Source: Octopus sinensis (Eukaryota). From it: 64,000 nt of DNA. A program made the translations under genes and the position numbers. Every line of letters starts with the position of its first letter. Position 1 is the stretch's first letter. The stretch is from the NCBI RefSeq assembly GCF_006345805.1, contig NC_043012.1, positions 12,090,001 to 12,154,000 on the forward strand. Reading direction: 5' to 3'. Under the pieces are notes generated by a model. That model was not told where the DNA came from. It was given only the letters and a program-made list of their open reading frames with translations, and did no database searches. Positions 1 through 12,954 of this stretch are shown piece after piece.

Positions 1-983
1 TATATAAGCATTTAGATGGACATTGGACAGAATGACGCTTAACCGAGAAGCACAGAGATTCAGTTACGTAAACATACGACCTCTGGACACACATAGTGTT
101 TTATATTGGAACTGTCTGTCTTTCCAGTCCACGATATTGGCAGCACTGCATTAACCTAGGATATTGCAGACAAGCTGGCCTTTACTTAGTTTCTGTGATA
201 TATTATGCAAAACAGTGGAATCTAATCACGCAATTTTTTCTTGTGTCACAAAACAATGCGTGCTTGAAAGATTACTCTGCCAGGTTAAGAAACGCAAAAA
301 GGTGCCAAATTTATATATTTGATCTTCGTACCAGTAAATATACATCTAGACAGAAATATGATATCTTGATCAATACAACTTATAGAATTCTCTGTCCAAT
401 GATTTATAACAGCCTTGGGAAAGATTATGCTTAACCGATGAGATGACACAGAATAGAAATATATCCGTTTTAGTTTCGATACCTTCTTACAGAGGTCAGT
501 GTTTCGTCCTAAGCATGAAAATTCAATATTATCTTTGACATTTTACCAAAAAACGTATTTCAGCCACTAGACTGTCGCCATACTGGGGCACCGCCTTGAA
601 ATATTTAATTCAACAAATCGTCCCAGGCAGTTATTTTTAAGAAAAGAAGTCCTGTCCTTTTTCTATCGTTTTTGTTGCCAAGCCACTACGTTACAGGAAC
701 ATAAGCAAACCAACAGCAGCTGTCAAGCGGTTGTGGGGACAAACACAAGCACACCAACACACGCGCCAGCACATACACACACACACACACACACACAGAC
801 ACACACACACACATACACAGACATGATGGGCTTCCTTAGTTTCCGTCCAAGTTGACGCACAGCTTGACTGAATCTGAAACCACTCGGTTGCAAAGTCAGC
901 TTCTAACTCATGCCTAAAATATTATTGATCCGTAAAGTAGGGGAAATTATCTCCCCTTCTCTTTCATAGTCACTAACAAGCAT

Positions 984-1400
984 CTCTTTACCCTTTTACT
1001 CGTTTCAGTCATTTGACTGCGGCCATGCTGGAGCACCGCCTTTTAGTCGAGCAAATCGACCCCAGCACTTATTCTTTGGAAGCCCAGTACTTATTCTATC
1101 GGTCTCTTTTGCCGAACCGCTAGGTTACGGGGACGTAAACACACCAGCATCGGTTGTCAAGCGATGTTGGGAGGACAAACACACGCACACAAACATACAC
1201 ACACACACACACACACACACCACACCACACACACACACATATGTATATATATATATATACATACGACGGGCTTCTTTCAGTTTCCGTCTACCAAATCCAC
1301 TCACAAGGCTTTGATCGGCCCGAGGCTATAGTAGCAAACACTTGCCCAAGGTGCCACGCAGTGGGAATGAACCCGAAACCATGTGGTTGGTAAGGAAGCT
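984..1400 (-). mobile_element. tRNA-headed SINE, family A (near full length)
   Basis: Shares the body GTCAAATGACTGAAAC / CCAGCATGGCCGCAGTC and an internal (CA)n with many copies in the window. Diverged copies lie at ~561-900, 1891-2040, 7285-7400, 7790-8030, 8930-9290, 9510-9730 and 22190-22632. Confidence 0.85.
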
Positions 1401-2078
1401 AGTTTGATTTCTACAAATCAGAGGTAACTTTTAATTCATCTGGGTTTGTTTTTGATGTAGTCATTTAAATAAATGATATGGAAAATGGCTTAGAAATTTT
1501 ACTAGACGCAATTGTATTTATTGGCTTGGTTTATTATTACAAGACAGGAACGTAATTCATTTCGCAGCTGAGCTTATAGACTAAAGATATTCTTACATAT
1601 ATAAGTACAAGGTATGTATCGACTTGAATAATTTTATATCGACCTGGGTAACGTTTGTCTGTTAACGATTAATAGAATATCTGCTTAGAAATAGGGAAAC
1701 ATAGAATGTCTTATTCCCTTTTCTCTGGTAATTTCATAAAGTTTATTACAATGGTATTTTGGACTTAGATCACGAGGCATGAAATAATCAACCAAATTTG
1801 TAAAATACGGTCATTATACGCACACCTGTGGACACAGGTACACCCCCCTCCAAACACCCCCACACATTTAGATATATATTTTTCCTGTAATTGGTTTCAG
1901 TCATTTGACTGCGGCCATGCTGGAGCAGCACCTTTAGTCGACCAAATCGACCCCAGGACTTATTCTTTGTGAGCCTAGTACTTATTCTATCGGTCACTTT
2001 TGACGAACCGCTACATTACGGTGACGTAAACACACCAGCATTCTGTTTTGGTAGTGGTGATGTGGGGGGGGGGGGGGT

Positions 2079-2340
2079 GTAATTCTACCTGAGGAGCTGG
2101 TTAATGTAGGACTTCAGTCGTTTTCAAGCTTACTTCCAGCCCAAAGAGCTGGGTGGCCACTGCAAAGCAGTATGTGATACGCTGCAGGGCTCTTTTTGTG
2201 TGTACAAGTGCGGTATCATCTGCAAAGAGGAGGTCCTGGATCAGTTGCTCTTGGGTCTTGGTGTGGGGCTGTAGACACCGGGGGTTGAAAATACTGCCAT
2301 CCAGTTGTTACGTGATGTAAACGCCGTCTTCAGTATGTAG
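2079..2340 (-). pseudogene. RTE-clade LINE reverse transcriptase fragment
   Basis: Manual minus-strand translation TEDGVYIT*QLDGSIFNPRCLQPHTKTQEQLIQDLLFADDTALVHTKRALQRITYCFAVATQLFGLEVSLKTTEVLH*PAP has the RT FADD motif (2215-2226) in the GVYI..DGS.FN context typical of RTE/BovB. Two in-frame stops. Confidence 0.85.
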
Positions 2341-4325
2341 TTACTTACTGGCACACATGTTTCAAAAGATTCACCGATCGAATATTCCGTAACTTGAAGG
2401 TGCAAAATGATGTTCAGAGTTTCTTTTCGTCAGGTATTTGTCTGTTTGTTGCTTTCGAGGCACTGTTAATTGTTTCGATTCAAACAATTTCATTCTGATA
2501 AAAGGTGTAGCGTGTTCCATCGAATTATGAACAAATCTAAATGCCGAAAACAAGATGTAAGGTTGGTACACCTATTTAGTCGACTTTACTTTAAGTGGTA
2601 ACACCCAAAAGGAATTTAACAAAAGGAAAAAGTCATCGAAATACGGAAGATTTCCTCGAAGCCATTTCACGAAAGCAAGTTATGCCAAATTGCGTTCTGA
2701 TTCTTAGGTTTAACTCCACCTTATGAAATGCTCGTGGCCTATGAAAGGTCTGCCTGCTCGCTCATCATTTCTGATGGTCTTTTCACTGAGCAGAGGGGAT
2801 AATATCTCTAATTACTGCCCAGTTTTTTTTTTATCTCTTATCTGAATTTGTCCACTCAGATAAAAAAAAAACCCTTCTTCATACATTTTTTCCTGCACTA
2901 TATTTAGCAGGATAAATGTGTTTTCATTATGCTTACTTTGCTTACAATGGCACATTAAAAGTGATGACAGCATCAATTCATGGCATTCATCTTCCTCAGC
3001 TTCCAGTCCTCACTAGGTACTCAGTCCCATACCACCTTTCTGAAAATGAATCTTTATGTCGGCATCATTTAGAAAACGTAGACATTATCTCTATAATCAA
3101 CTGACTTCTGTACTTGAATCTGTTTTGCTTCCATACGACAAAACTTGATTATAATAAACTGGGTACTCTAAATAATATAAGTAGAAATAAACCGGTAGGA
3201 ATATGTGAATAATTTATGTATGATTATTTCATAAAAGATTAGCTTTTACTTTGTAATTACTAAGATGGCAAAATAGTGTGAAAGTTTTAAGATCCTTTCG
3301 TGGAGATTTATTAATTTTGTCTTAAAAATATTTATGATCTTATGTAGTGTCTTGTGTTTGGACATTATTAGAGGCGACTGTTAACTGTGTTAAAGCAAAA
3401 AAGGATTATGGCATTTTCAGTTGCAGGAAAGAACATAAAATGATAGAGTTGACCTACGAAATCATCACATCCCGAATCTCTCGTCATCCTTCCAAGAAAT
3501 AGCCACAGAAACGAATTTGCCGAACTTGTTTTCGCCTGGAAATGGCTCTCTATATAATGTTACACACGAACTAATACAAGAAATTGAATTATTACAACTA
3601 AATCGTCATTATGATCAAATTAATTTCCTCTTAAATCGATAACATTCTGTGACAATTAGGAGGTTATCCAGATAAGGTAGAATTTATGTGATGACAGTGT
3701 ATCCTACTGAAAGTAACAAGAAGACTGAAAATCGGTGTAACTTGTCCACCCCAAGAGATAATGAGCCATGTACACACGAAGCCGACAGTATAATGAATTT
3801 TCTAGATAATTTGTGCTACACCGTTTTATTCGAATTCCAATATACGCTGAAAGCTACAGTAAAAAAGAAAAAGAAAAACATTTACCATATTTGTCTATTT
3901 TAAGCAATTGGTTTTACGATCTGACGGGAGGGACATGATAATTTCATGCAATTGTTATAACCATAGAAACTGCCGAATATCCACAAGACATCCGAAATGC
4001 ATACACACACAGACACACGCACACACACACACATACACACACACACACACACACAGTGTTGGGGAGCAGGTCTCTTGCTACTCTGGAAATGCACTTGGGT
4101 ATCCATATACGAAACTTGGGACTATATGTATAAATATATACATACAAGAATACACACTCACGTATGTATTTACGTACATACACACACACATGCATATATG
4201 TGTGTGCTTGTGTCAGCAAAGTACCTAGTTCTAAAATTTCTATAAAATTTGTAATTAGTAACACCTTAAAAGTTATGTTTGTTGCGACTTTAAAATGTTT
4301 GTTCCATACGGTTTTATGTATTTAT

Positions 4326-4523
4326 AGTCGCCAGAACAGATCGTTAGCCACTACACACATTTTTTTCTCTCCTTGTTTCTCTCCTTGTTTTTTCTGTGTC
4401 CCTTTCTGTAGAAGAGCGTAGGCTCGAAACGTAAAAGACTTTTTCTATTCCTGAGCGTTATATTAATACATCTGTTTGTTCTGTACACACCTGTCTTCGT
4501 CTTTTGTTTTTTTCGTAAACTCT

Positions 4524-4528
<5 letters not shown>
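4326..4528 (+). mobile_element. Family E repeat copy 1 (Penelope pLTR-like, carries hammerhead-like motif)
   Basis: Near-identical to 9755-9933, 32151-32334 and 32806-32999. Every copy ends in CTCTCCC followed by (TA)n. Contains CTTTCTGTAGAAGAGCGTAGGCTCGAAACGTAAAAG at 4402-4437. Confidence 0.75.
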
Positions 4529-4596
<68 letters not shown>

Positions 4597-4659
4597 ATTT
4601 ATATATAGATATATATATATATATTTATATATATACATATATATTTATATATATATTGT

Positions 4660-4815
4660 TGTATTTAGGAATGGTCATTTTGCCAGTTTAGCCAATAAAA
4701 ACACACGCACTATATATTTGTTGTTATTTTTTACATTAATCTTAATCTTATTTCGGCCAGCGTTCTTTCGTCACACATATTGGCTAAACTGGCAAAATGA
4801 CCATTCCTAAATACA
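4660..4815. repeat. Inverted repeat, 38-bp perfect arms with 80-bp spacer
   Basis: TGTATTTAGGAATGGTCATTTTGCCAGTTTAGCCAATA (4660-4697) is the exact reverse complement of 4778-4815. Confidence 0.9.
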
Positions 4816-4859
4816 CAACATCTATTTCAACACACGATTTCATATCAAGAATCTTGCAA

Positions 4860-4910
<51 letters not shown>

Positions 4911-5413
4911 ATATATATAATATAATGAATAAGCTTTAATCTGAATCACTACACTTGTTTCTGTGCGTTAATATCCGTTGGTAATTGTTATGTATTTCAT
5001 ATATTGTGCACATTATTGCATTAATATGATCTAAGAATGGCTATGTACCTGCAACTTTTAAAGGGAAGTGAGTTCAAGAGCACTCAAACACTTCTCTCTA
5101 ACCCAATCACATGACCACGTGCAGGTACAAAACTGTTCTTGGATCATAATTAATACAACAGTATATATATGTGGAACGCCAGCAATTATCAGCTGATACT
5201 AATGCATAGAAACAATTATAGCGATTTGGATTAAATCCAGTTCATTCCATCTTCGTGTATTATAAAGTTTTATTCGAACTCTGTGGGTAGTAACGGGTTT
5301 CTATATATAAATCTCGTAAAAAGAGAATTTCTGATGTGTGGTACCATATGGTAGCCAGTACTCAGGGTGGATCTTAGTAAAAAAAGATGCTATAAATTTA
5401 TTACCCAGAATAC

Positions 5414-5448
<35 letters not shown>

Positions 5449-5536
5449 TGTATGTATGTATGTATGAATGTATGTATGTATGTATGCATGTATACATGTA
5501 TTCATGTATGCATGTATGTGTGTATGTATGTATGTA

Positions 5537-6570
5537 CAGCGGTTGGGCAAAATAATGAAAACACATTAAAATATATTTTAATATGGAGTAGGACCGCCTT
5601 TCGCAGTAATTACAGCTTGAATTCTACGAGGTGTGGACTCGTACAAAATTTGAATTGTTTTCAAAGGAATTTTTGTCCATTCTTCAGCTAAAACAGTCTC
5701 CAGTTCTTGTAGTGATGATGGTGGAGGATATCGACTCCTTACTTGCTTTTCTGAAATGCACCATAAATGTTCAATAATATTGAGATCTGGGAACTGTGGT
5801 AGCCAGATAAGATGTTCAACATCATAAGAATGTTCCTCGCACCATTCAGTAACAACTTTATCTGTTTGAATTGGCGCATTATCATCATGAAAGGTTGCGT
5901 TTCGAAACCATAGAATGAATTTAATCAAATAAAATACCTAAAATAGTCTTGACTAGTAATTCTAACATGAAGGGAAACCATTGGGCCGGCGGATTTCCAA
6001 GATATAACTTCTCCAGATCATCACAGATCCTACTCCATGTTTAAAAGTTGGAAGAAGGCAGCCTAGGCAAATGCTTCTTTTGGCTGCCTCCACACGCATA
6101 CTCGGCCGGTGGTCGGAAATAAGGTAATGGATGACTCGCCCTAGAAAATAACATTCTTCCCTTCATCTAGGGACCAATTCTGTTGGTTTTTTTACTCCAC
6201 TCTAAACGCTTTGCAACGTTTGTTTTTGAAAGTAGTGGTTTTTCTGATTGCAGCCCTCACGTGAAATCCAGCTTCGTGCAGCTCCCGGCGAACAGTTTTT
6301 GCGGAAACTGAGTTCTCGAGGGGTCATTAAGCTCTACAATAACTTTGGGAGCTGTAAGTGTCTGACGGTCCCTTTCTGAAAGTTTTGGTCTTCTTCTGGA
6401 GTTTTGTTTCGACGGGGAGGTTTTCCCCTCTTTCTCAAAGGTTGTTATTACTTTAAGACAGTAATTCTTGATACACCAAACATTTCGGCTGTTTTCGTTA
6501 CGCTAGCGCCTACCATATGAGCACCAACAATTTTACTTCTTTGAAAGTCCGATAGATCTGTCACTTTAAT
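5537..6570 (-). mobile_element. Tc1-family DNA transposon, decayed, 5' TIR missing
   Basis: TA at 5535-5536 is followed by the TIR-like CAGCGGTTGGGCAAAATAATGAAAACAC. Transposase remnant spans 5578-6564: start mutated to GTG ACA GAT CTA TCG GAC TTT CAA AGA, first catalytic region IF*GESS, C-terminus DDNAP...W.PQFPDLNIIEHLW...RRIQAVITAKGGPTPY. Confidence 0.9.
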
Positions 6571-6577
6571 GAATTTT

Positions 6578-6658
6578 AATTACCTTTTTCTGACGATATA
6601 AAATAATAATTTTTCTTATAGAAAAATTATTATTTTATATCGCCAGAAAAAGGTAATT
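6578..6658. repeat. Near-perfect palindrome, 39-bp arms, 3-nt spacer
   Basis: AATTACCTTTTTCTGACGATATAAAATAATAATTTTTCT-TAT-AGAAAAATTATTATTTTATATCGCCAGAAAAAGGTAATT, one mismatch. Confidence 0.9.
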
Positions 6659-6832
6659 GTTAAATAGTTAAATAAATAAGTTAAATAGTTAAAGAGTTAA
6701 ATGAATAAGCATTTAAATGAATAAATATTGTTTAACTCTATTTGCTTATTTATTTAACTATTATAATTAACCTGAAGAATGACTATAATTTTAGTTCGAA
6801 TTTATTTCAATTGAATTTAATGTTAATATATA

Positions 6833-6874
<42 letters not shown>

Positions 6875-7457
6875 TGTTTCGAATTTGTGTGAATGTGTAT
6901 AGAATAGTATATTAGTTAAATAAATTTAAAACATAGTCTGGTTTTCACGTTATTTATAAGAATTAACATTTTCATACACAGTGTACTCATCAGATTTCAA
7001 ATGTGTTTAACTGTATATTTCTTGTGATCAGTCATCCGTTATATAACAGTAACATCATTGTAAAGCGGGTATATGTAAGCTTGAGATGGAGACCATTTGA
7101 GAGGTTTGTTTCAGAGATTGCGCCCCCTCCTCCCACACATGAATACACACAAAAAGGTCATTTATTTGTTTCACTAATTCGTCTCAATCCAAATTACTTC
7201 ACTGATTAATCGCTTTAGCTAGGTCGCAAACTAGACAAGGTCATAGAGTTAGAAGGCAAAATGTTTTGTTTCATATTCATATCTTTTATCTTTTACTCGT
7301 GTCCGTCATTGGATTGGTGTCATGCTGGGGCAATGCCTTGGAAGGGCTTAGTCGAAGAGATCGATTGCAGAATTTATTTTTAGGTCTGGTACATATTTAT
7401 CGGTTTGCTTTGCTAAATATATAGGTTAATAAAAAAATAAATACGTCCTTTTTAAAT

Positions 7458-7690
7458 CCTAGCCAGGTTCATGGGCCCGGTTTCCCGGTTTCTATGGCGT
7501 ATGTGATCCCCAGCTGGGCAGGACGCCAGTACATTGCAGCGTTATTCATTTTTGCCAGCAGAGTGGACTGCAGCAATGTAAAATGAAGTGTTTTGCTCAA
7601 GAACTTAACGCGTCGCCCGGTCTAGGAATCGAAACCACAATCTTACGATCATGATGCTGACACCCTAACCACTAAGCCACGCGCCTCCAC
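7458..7690 (-). mobile_element. tRNA-headed SINE, family H
   Basis: Minus strand begins GTGGAGGCGCGTGGCTTAGTGGTTAGG (A box) ... GGTTTCGATTCC (B box). Distinct body ends ATAGAAACCGGGAAACCGGGCCCATGA. Confidence 0.7.
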
Positions 7691-9754
7691 AAACATATAG
7701 GTAACGGGGACATAAAGAAAACATGATCGATTTACACGGTGTGCAGTCAGGTTAAAAACACAGGAACAAAGGTACATATACATACAGACATACACACACA
7801 CACACATCGACTCACACACAAGCACTCACACACACACACATGCACACATACATTCATACACACACACAAACACATATGCGACGGACTTCTACACTTTCCC
7901 CCGTACCAAATTCGTTCATAAGGCATTCGTCGGCCAGGGGCTACAGTAGAACACGCTTGCTCAAGTTGGAACGGAGTGAGATTGAACCCAAATCACATGG
8001 TTGAAAAACTGAGCTTCTTAACGACACACTCGTGCCCGCGATTGTGTTGTGAGAATAATATTCAATTCTCACCATGTGTACGTTTGAGTTCGTGTATGCA
8101 TGTGCGTATGTGTTTGTTATTGCATAGACATGATCGAATGTATAAGACTTACCCTTAGCAATCATGGTATCCAAAGCGCCATCCTACCGCATGGCATCTT
8201 ACGTAAGTGGCTTTTGTCACATGCTCGAGACAATCCGAGCTTTATCAGTGAAAAATTATATAAAGGCCAAAAGCACAAAAAGCAAAACCCAAAGATAAAC
8301 ACAGGTGAAGGAACACCAAAGTGAGGGAACACCAAAGAAGGTGTACTAGTTTGACGTTCAGGATTTAACGGAAGAAATCTATGACATTTCGAGCCTATGA
8401 TCTTCTACAGAAAGGTATGAGCAAAGAAAACAGATAGGGTGATGGTGGGAGAGAGAAAACACACAGGAAGAACAAAAATTGAGACTGGATTAAGTGTTGC
8501 TCAAGTAAAGACGTGTAGCGACCCGGCGATGGGATCTACGATTTACTCTTGTTACATATTGTGTTAAACTGATTCGACCAGTTTGAGTGTTACTTTTAGG
8601 TCGCTGATGCCATAAAAATACTCAGCCGCTTACATTTTAATTTAATGCTCTTATCGCTCCATCATTGGCTCATATACATTGTGTTATTGTGGTTCTTTAA
8701 CCCTTGGTCAAACGTAAGTACAACTATGAACAAAGACATTTCCCTATTCTATATTGCCTGTTGTAGGGATTTTACTACTGTTTACAAGAAGTACCGGCTG
8801 AAGGCTTTATGTTGTCACTCAACTTGCGAGAAATAGAAGCTAAATTTTTCTCAAATCATGCCCTACAATTAAAACAAAGAAACGGCACACGCGATATTGT
8901 ACACGTAGATACGAAGTCTTAAAAATGTGCACGAGATAGGTGCAGCCATGGCTGTACATTTCAAAATGTTCGCTTTGAAACCTCATGGTTTTGAGTTCAA
9001 TCCCTTTGAGCGACGCAAAACCTTGTGAGTAAATTTGGAAGTCGTAAACTGTGGATGTCAGTCATACGTACACAAGTGTGAACATGAGTATTTGTGCTTG
9101 TGTACGTCTCTCTACCACTTGACAAACGGTGTTGTTTTGTTTACGTTCGTCTAACTTACCGGTTTAGCAAAGACACCAATAAAATAGATACCATGCTTAA
9201 AATAAATTCTGCGGTCGATTTGTTCGACTAAACCTATATATGGCAGTGCTCCTGTATAGATAATGTTTAATGACTGAAACAATCAAGAGAATAAAAGACG
9301 TGTTAGCGCCCGGAAGGCCATAGAGTTGACATTAAACCAGTGTATCAGTCTCGCATTAACCAGAGGGTCTTTATATATTCACTCGAGCAGTTCGATTAGG
9401 ATGCAAAACGTCTCTGAAGTCACACACCGATTTAGGATCATCGGATATATTACAATACTATGGATTTGCGCCTGGAAACTTGCTCTTCATGACTCATGCT
9501 TTATCTTTTCTGTTATCTTTTACTTATTTTAGTCATTGGACTGAGTCTATATTGGGCCACAGCATTCAAGAGATTTAGCCGAAAAAATCGGCACTAGTAT
9601 TGGCTTTTTTAAAGTATGGTACTCATTCCATCGGCTTCTTTTGTTTAGCTGTTAATTTGTAGAGAGGTATACAAAGCAACATCGGTTATCGAGCGATGGG
9701 AAGGAAGGCAAGCACAAAACACCGCTTCACAAGTATATATATGTATATATATAT

Positions 9755-9933
9755 AGGGAGAGTTTACGAAAAAAAACAAAAGACGAAGACAGATGGTGTA
9801 CAAAACAAACAGATGTATTAGTATAACGCTCAGGAATAGAAAAAAGTTTTTTACGTTTCGAGCCTACGCTCTTCTACAGAAAGGAACACAGAAAGAAACA
9901 AAGAGGCAACATATGTGTGTAGTGGCTAAGGAT
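9755..9933 (-). mobile_element. Family E repeat copy 2
   Basis: Reverse complement of the 4326 copy; hammerhead-like motif at ~9848-9883; abuts a TA tract. An older remnant lies at ~8350-8470. Confidence 0.75.
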
Positions 9934-10283
9934 GCACTATAGCTAGTTAACATCATCGACAACAGAAGAAACGATATATAATGTTTGACTTCCGTCAAAT
10001 ATTTTATATGAAAGCAAACAAACGTTGAGAACAGAAAATAAAACATTGAAAAAAAACAAGAACAGGCAACCATCAAGAATTAACACATAGCTAAAAGATG
10101 AATGACTTAGCAACGCAAGATTAATAATTGTCTGTAATACAAAAGTAAAAAAAAACCCCCAGAAAACACATAACAGTTTATGGGATGAACCGATTTTCTA
10201 GGATTAAAACACGATTAACATTTGTATACAATGTAATTAGTATAGAGGATTAACCAAATCTGTATTTCTGTCTCATTTGTCCA

Positions 10284-10403
<120 letters not shown>

Positions 10404-10509
10404 GTATGTATGTATATATATATACATGTATGTATGTATATATATATATGTGTATGTATATATAGATATGCATGTATATATATATATAGATATGCATATA
10501 TAGATATGC

Positions 10510-10599
<90 letters not shown>

Positions 10600-12244
10600 A
10601 TGTATACATATATGTAATATACACGTGATCAAGCATGCATACAGAATTTTTAAAAAATGGTGCCTATACATATCTGTCTCTCTTTCTCTCTATGTACCTA
10701 TCTATCAAATTTTCTGTCTATCTATCCATCTATCTATATTTGCTTGCGCGCGCATACACACACACACACAAACACAACACACACACAATTTACGGGATTC
10801 CACACGGTTTCGTAATAGAAAAGTTCCATTCCATCCATAAGGCAGCTAACAATATTCACGCACACGCACACAACAAGATGCACCCATCTATACATATGTT
10901 CATATGTAGATACACGTGTGTATAGCATTCACTGACATAGATATGACTGTAAACTATATACGATACAAAGAAACATGCACACCCTACAGACACACCATTA
11001 TACACACAACACTACTCAGACCAACGCAAACGAGCTAACATTTGTTTTCCTATGTGTGCTAAAGACAATCTCCAATCTATGATAATGAAAGCTGTCTATA
11101 TTAACTTGTCGATAATTCTAAAGATGGACCAATGTTTGCAGAGAAAGTTAAATATAAAACAATATGAGAAACTCCGATGAACAACGTATAAAGAACAAAA
11201 GGCGAGGCTGGGTGAGAGAGATATCGAGAAAGAGAGAAAGAGAGAGAACGTGTGTGTGTGAGAGAGAGTATGTGTGCGAGAGAGAGAAAAGAGAAAGGGT
11301 GAGAAAGAGAGAGAAACAAGTAGACCATCAGATAGATACAATAGATCGATAGATAGGAAGTGTTTTTCTTCTTCAGAAGCTGTTTCTTCTCTCCAGTTCC
11401 ATTATAGTTAAAAGCTTTTCTAGTTACCATTATCTCTTTATTCGACCGGAAGTTGAAGATGAACCGATATGTTGTGCCGGAAGGCTTGTAAAAAATGTTT
11501 TTCCCCCCATTTTCTCCTCGTAAAATATATAGACGATCGTATAGAGAAAGACACAGAGAAAAGCAAAGTTTGATATATATATATATATATATATAAGGAG
11601 AGAGATAGAGATAGATAGACAGATAGATAGATAGAGATAGATGGAGAGAGAGAGACAGAGAGAGAAGTGATAAAATTTACTTGAAAATATAGTTGGAAGT
11701 CTCTAGTAATTAGACATAAGGTAGCGAAGCAAGAAAACTGATAAAACTAAAATAAAATAAACAAAGAAAAGTACACGAAAATTATGTGAAGATCGCGTGG
11801 GTGATTTGAAAAAAATGGCGGAAGTTTATTTCCTTTCATTATTTCGACTTCATCATGCAAATCTCGCACATTGCTGTAAAAGAAACTTCCGTGTTGAGAA
11901 TAGCGAACACTGATTAAAATGTTACTTCGTCGTTCATAGCTATTCGTATTCATTAAGACACTAGCACACATGTTCATATACACACATATATACACACAAT
12001 GCACACGGAAACACACATATACATGTGTGTATGTATGAATGTATATATATATATATGTATGTGTTCGTGTATGAGTATGCGTGTATATATGGGTGTGCGC
12101 GTGTGCATGGTGGTGCATATATTATTGACGTCACGATAATTACTTTTCTAGCTAAAGTATATGGGAGAGATAATCCGTGCATCAGATTAGGATTAAAATG
12201 CGAGAATCAGAGAAAGGTTTTGTTATATTTATGTATGTACGTAA

Positions 12245-12282
<38 letters not shown>

Positions 12283-12315
12283 GCGTACATACATATATAT
12301 ATGTATGTATGCATG

Positions 12316-12366
<51 letters not shown>

Positions 12367-12523
12367 TGTTTGTGTGTGTGTGTGTGTGCATGTATATATA
12401 TATATATATGTATACGTATGTGTGTGTATAGTTGGAAGTCTCTAGTAATTAGACATAAGATAGAGAAGCCACAGAAATAATATAAATAAAAAAAGCTATA
12501 TATATATATAATTATATATACGT

Positions 12524-12556
<33 letters not shown>

Positions 12557-12569
12557 TTACATATACGTG

Positions 12570-12601
<32 letters not shown>

Positions 12602-12611
12602 TTACATATAC

Positions 12612-12652
<41 letters not shown>

Positions 12653-12818
12653 ACACACACACATATATATATATATATACATATATATATACATATACAT
12701 ATATATACATACACATACATATACAAATATATAAATATATTTGTATAACGTTGCTATTGGTTCATCCGTTTACTTTTTGTTAGAGATTTGTATCTAATCT
12801 ATTTGGTATTTATTTATT

Positions 12819-12849
<31 letters not shown>

Positions 12850-12883
12850 TGTAGTAGTAGTAGTAGAAGTAGTAGTAGTAATT

Positions 12884-12891
12884 ATTATTGC

Positions 12892-12954
<63 letters not shown>

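Noticed and set aside
96-434. 112-aa ORF at the window start
   Set aside because: No recognisable motif, a non-ATG (GTG) start and no convincing splice signals.
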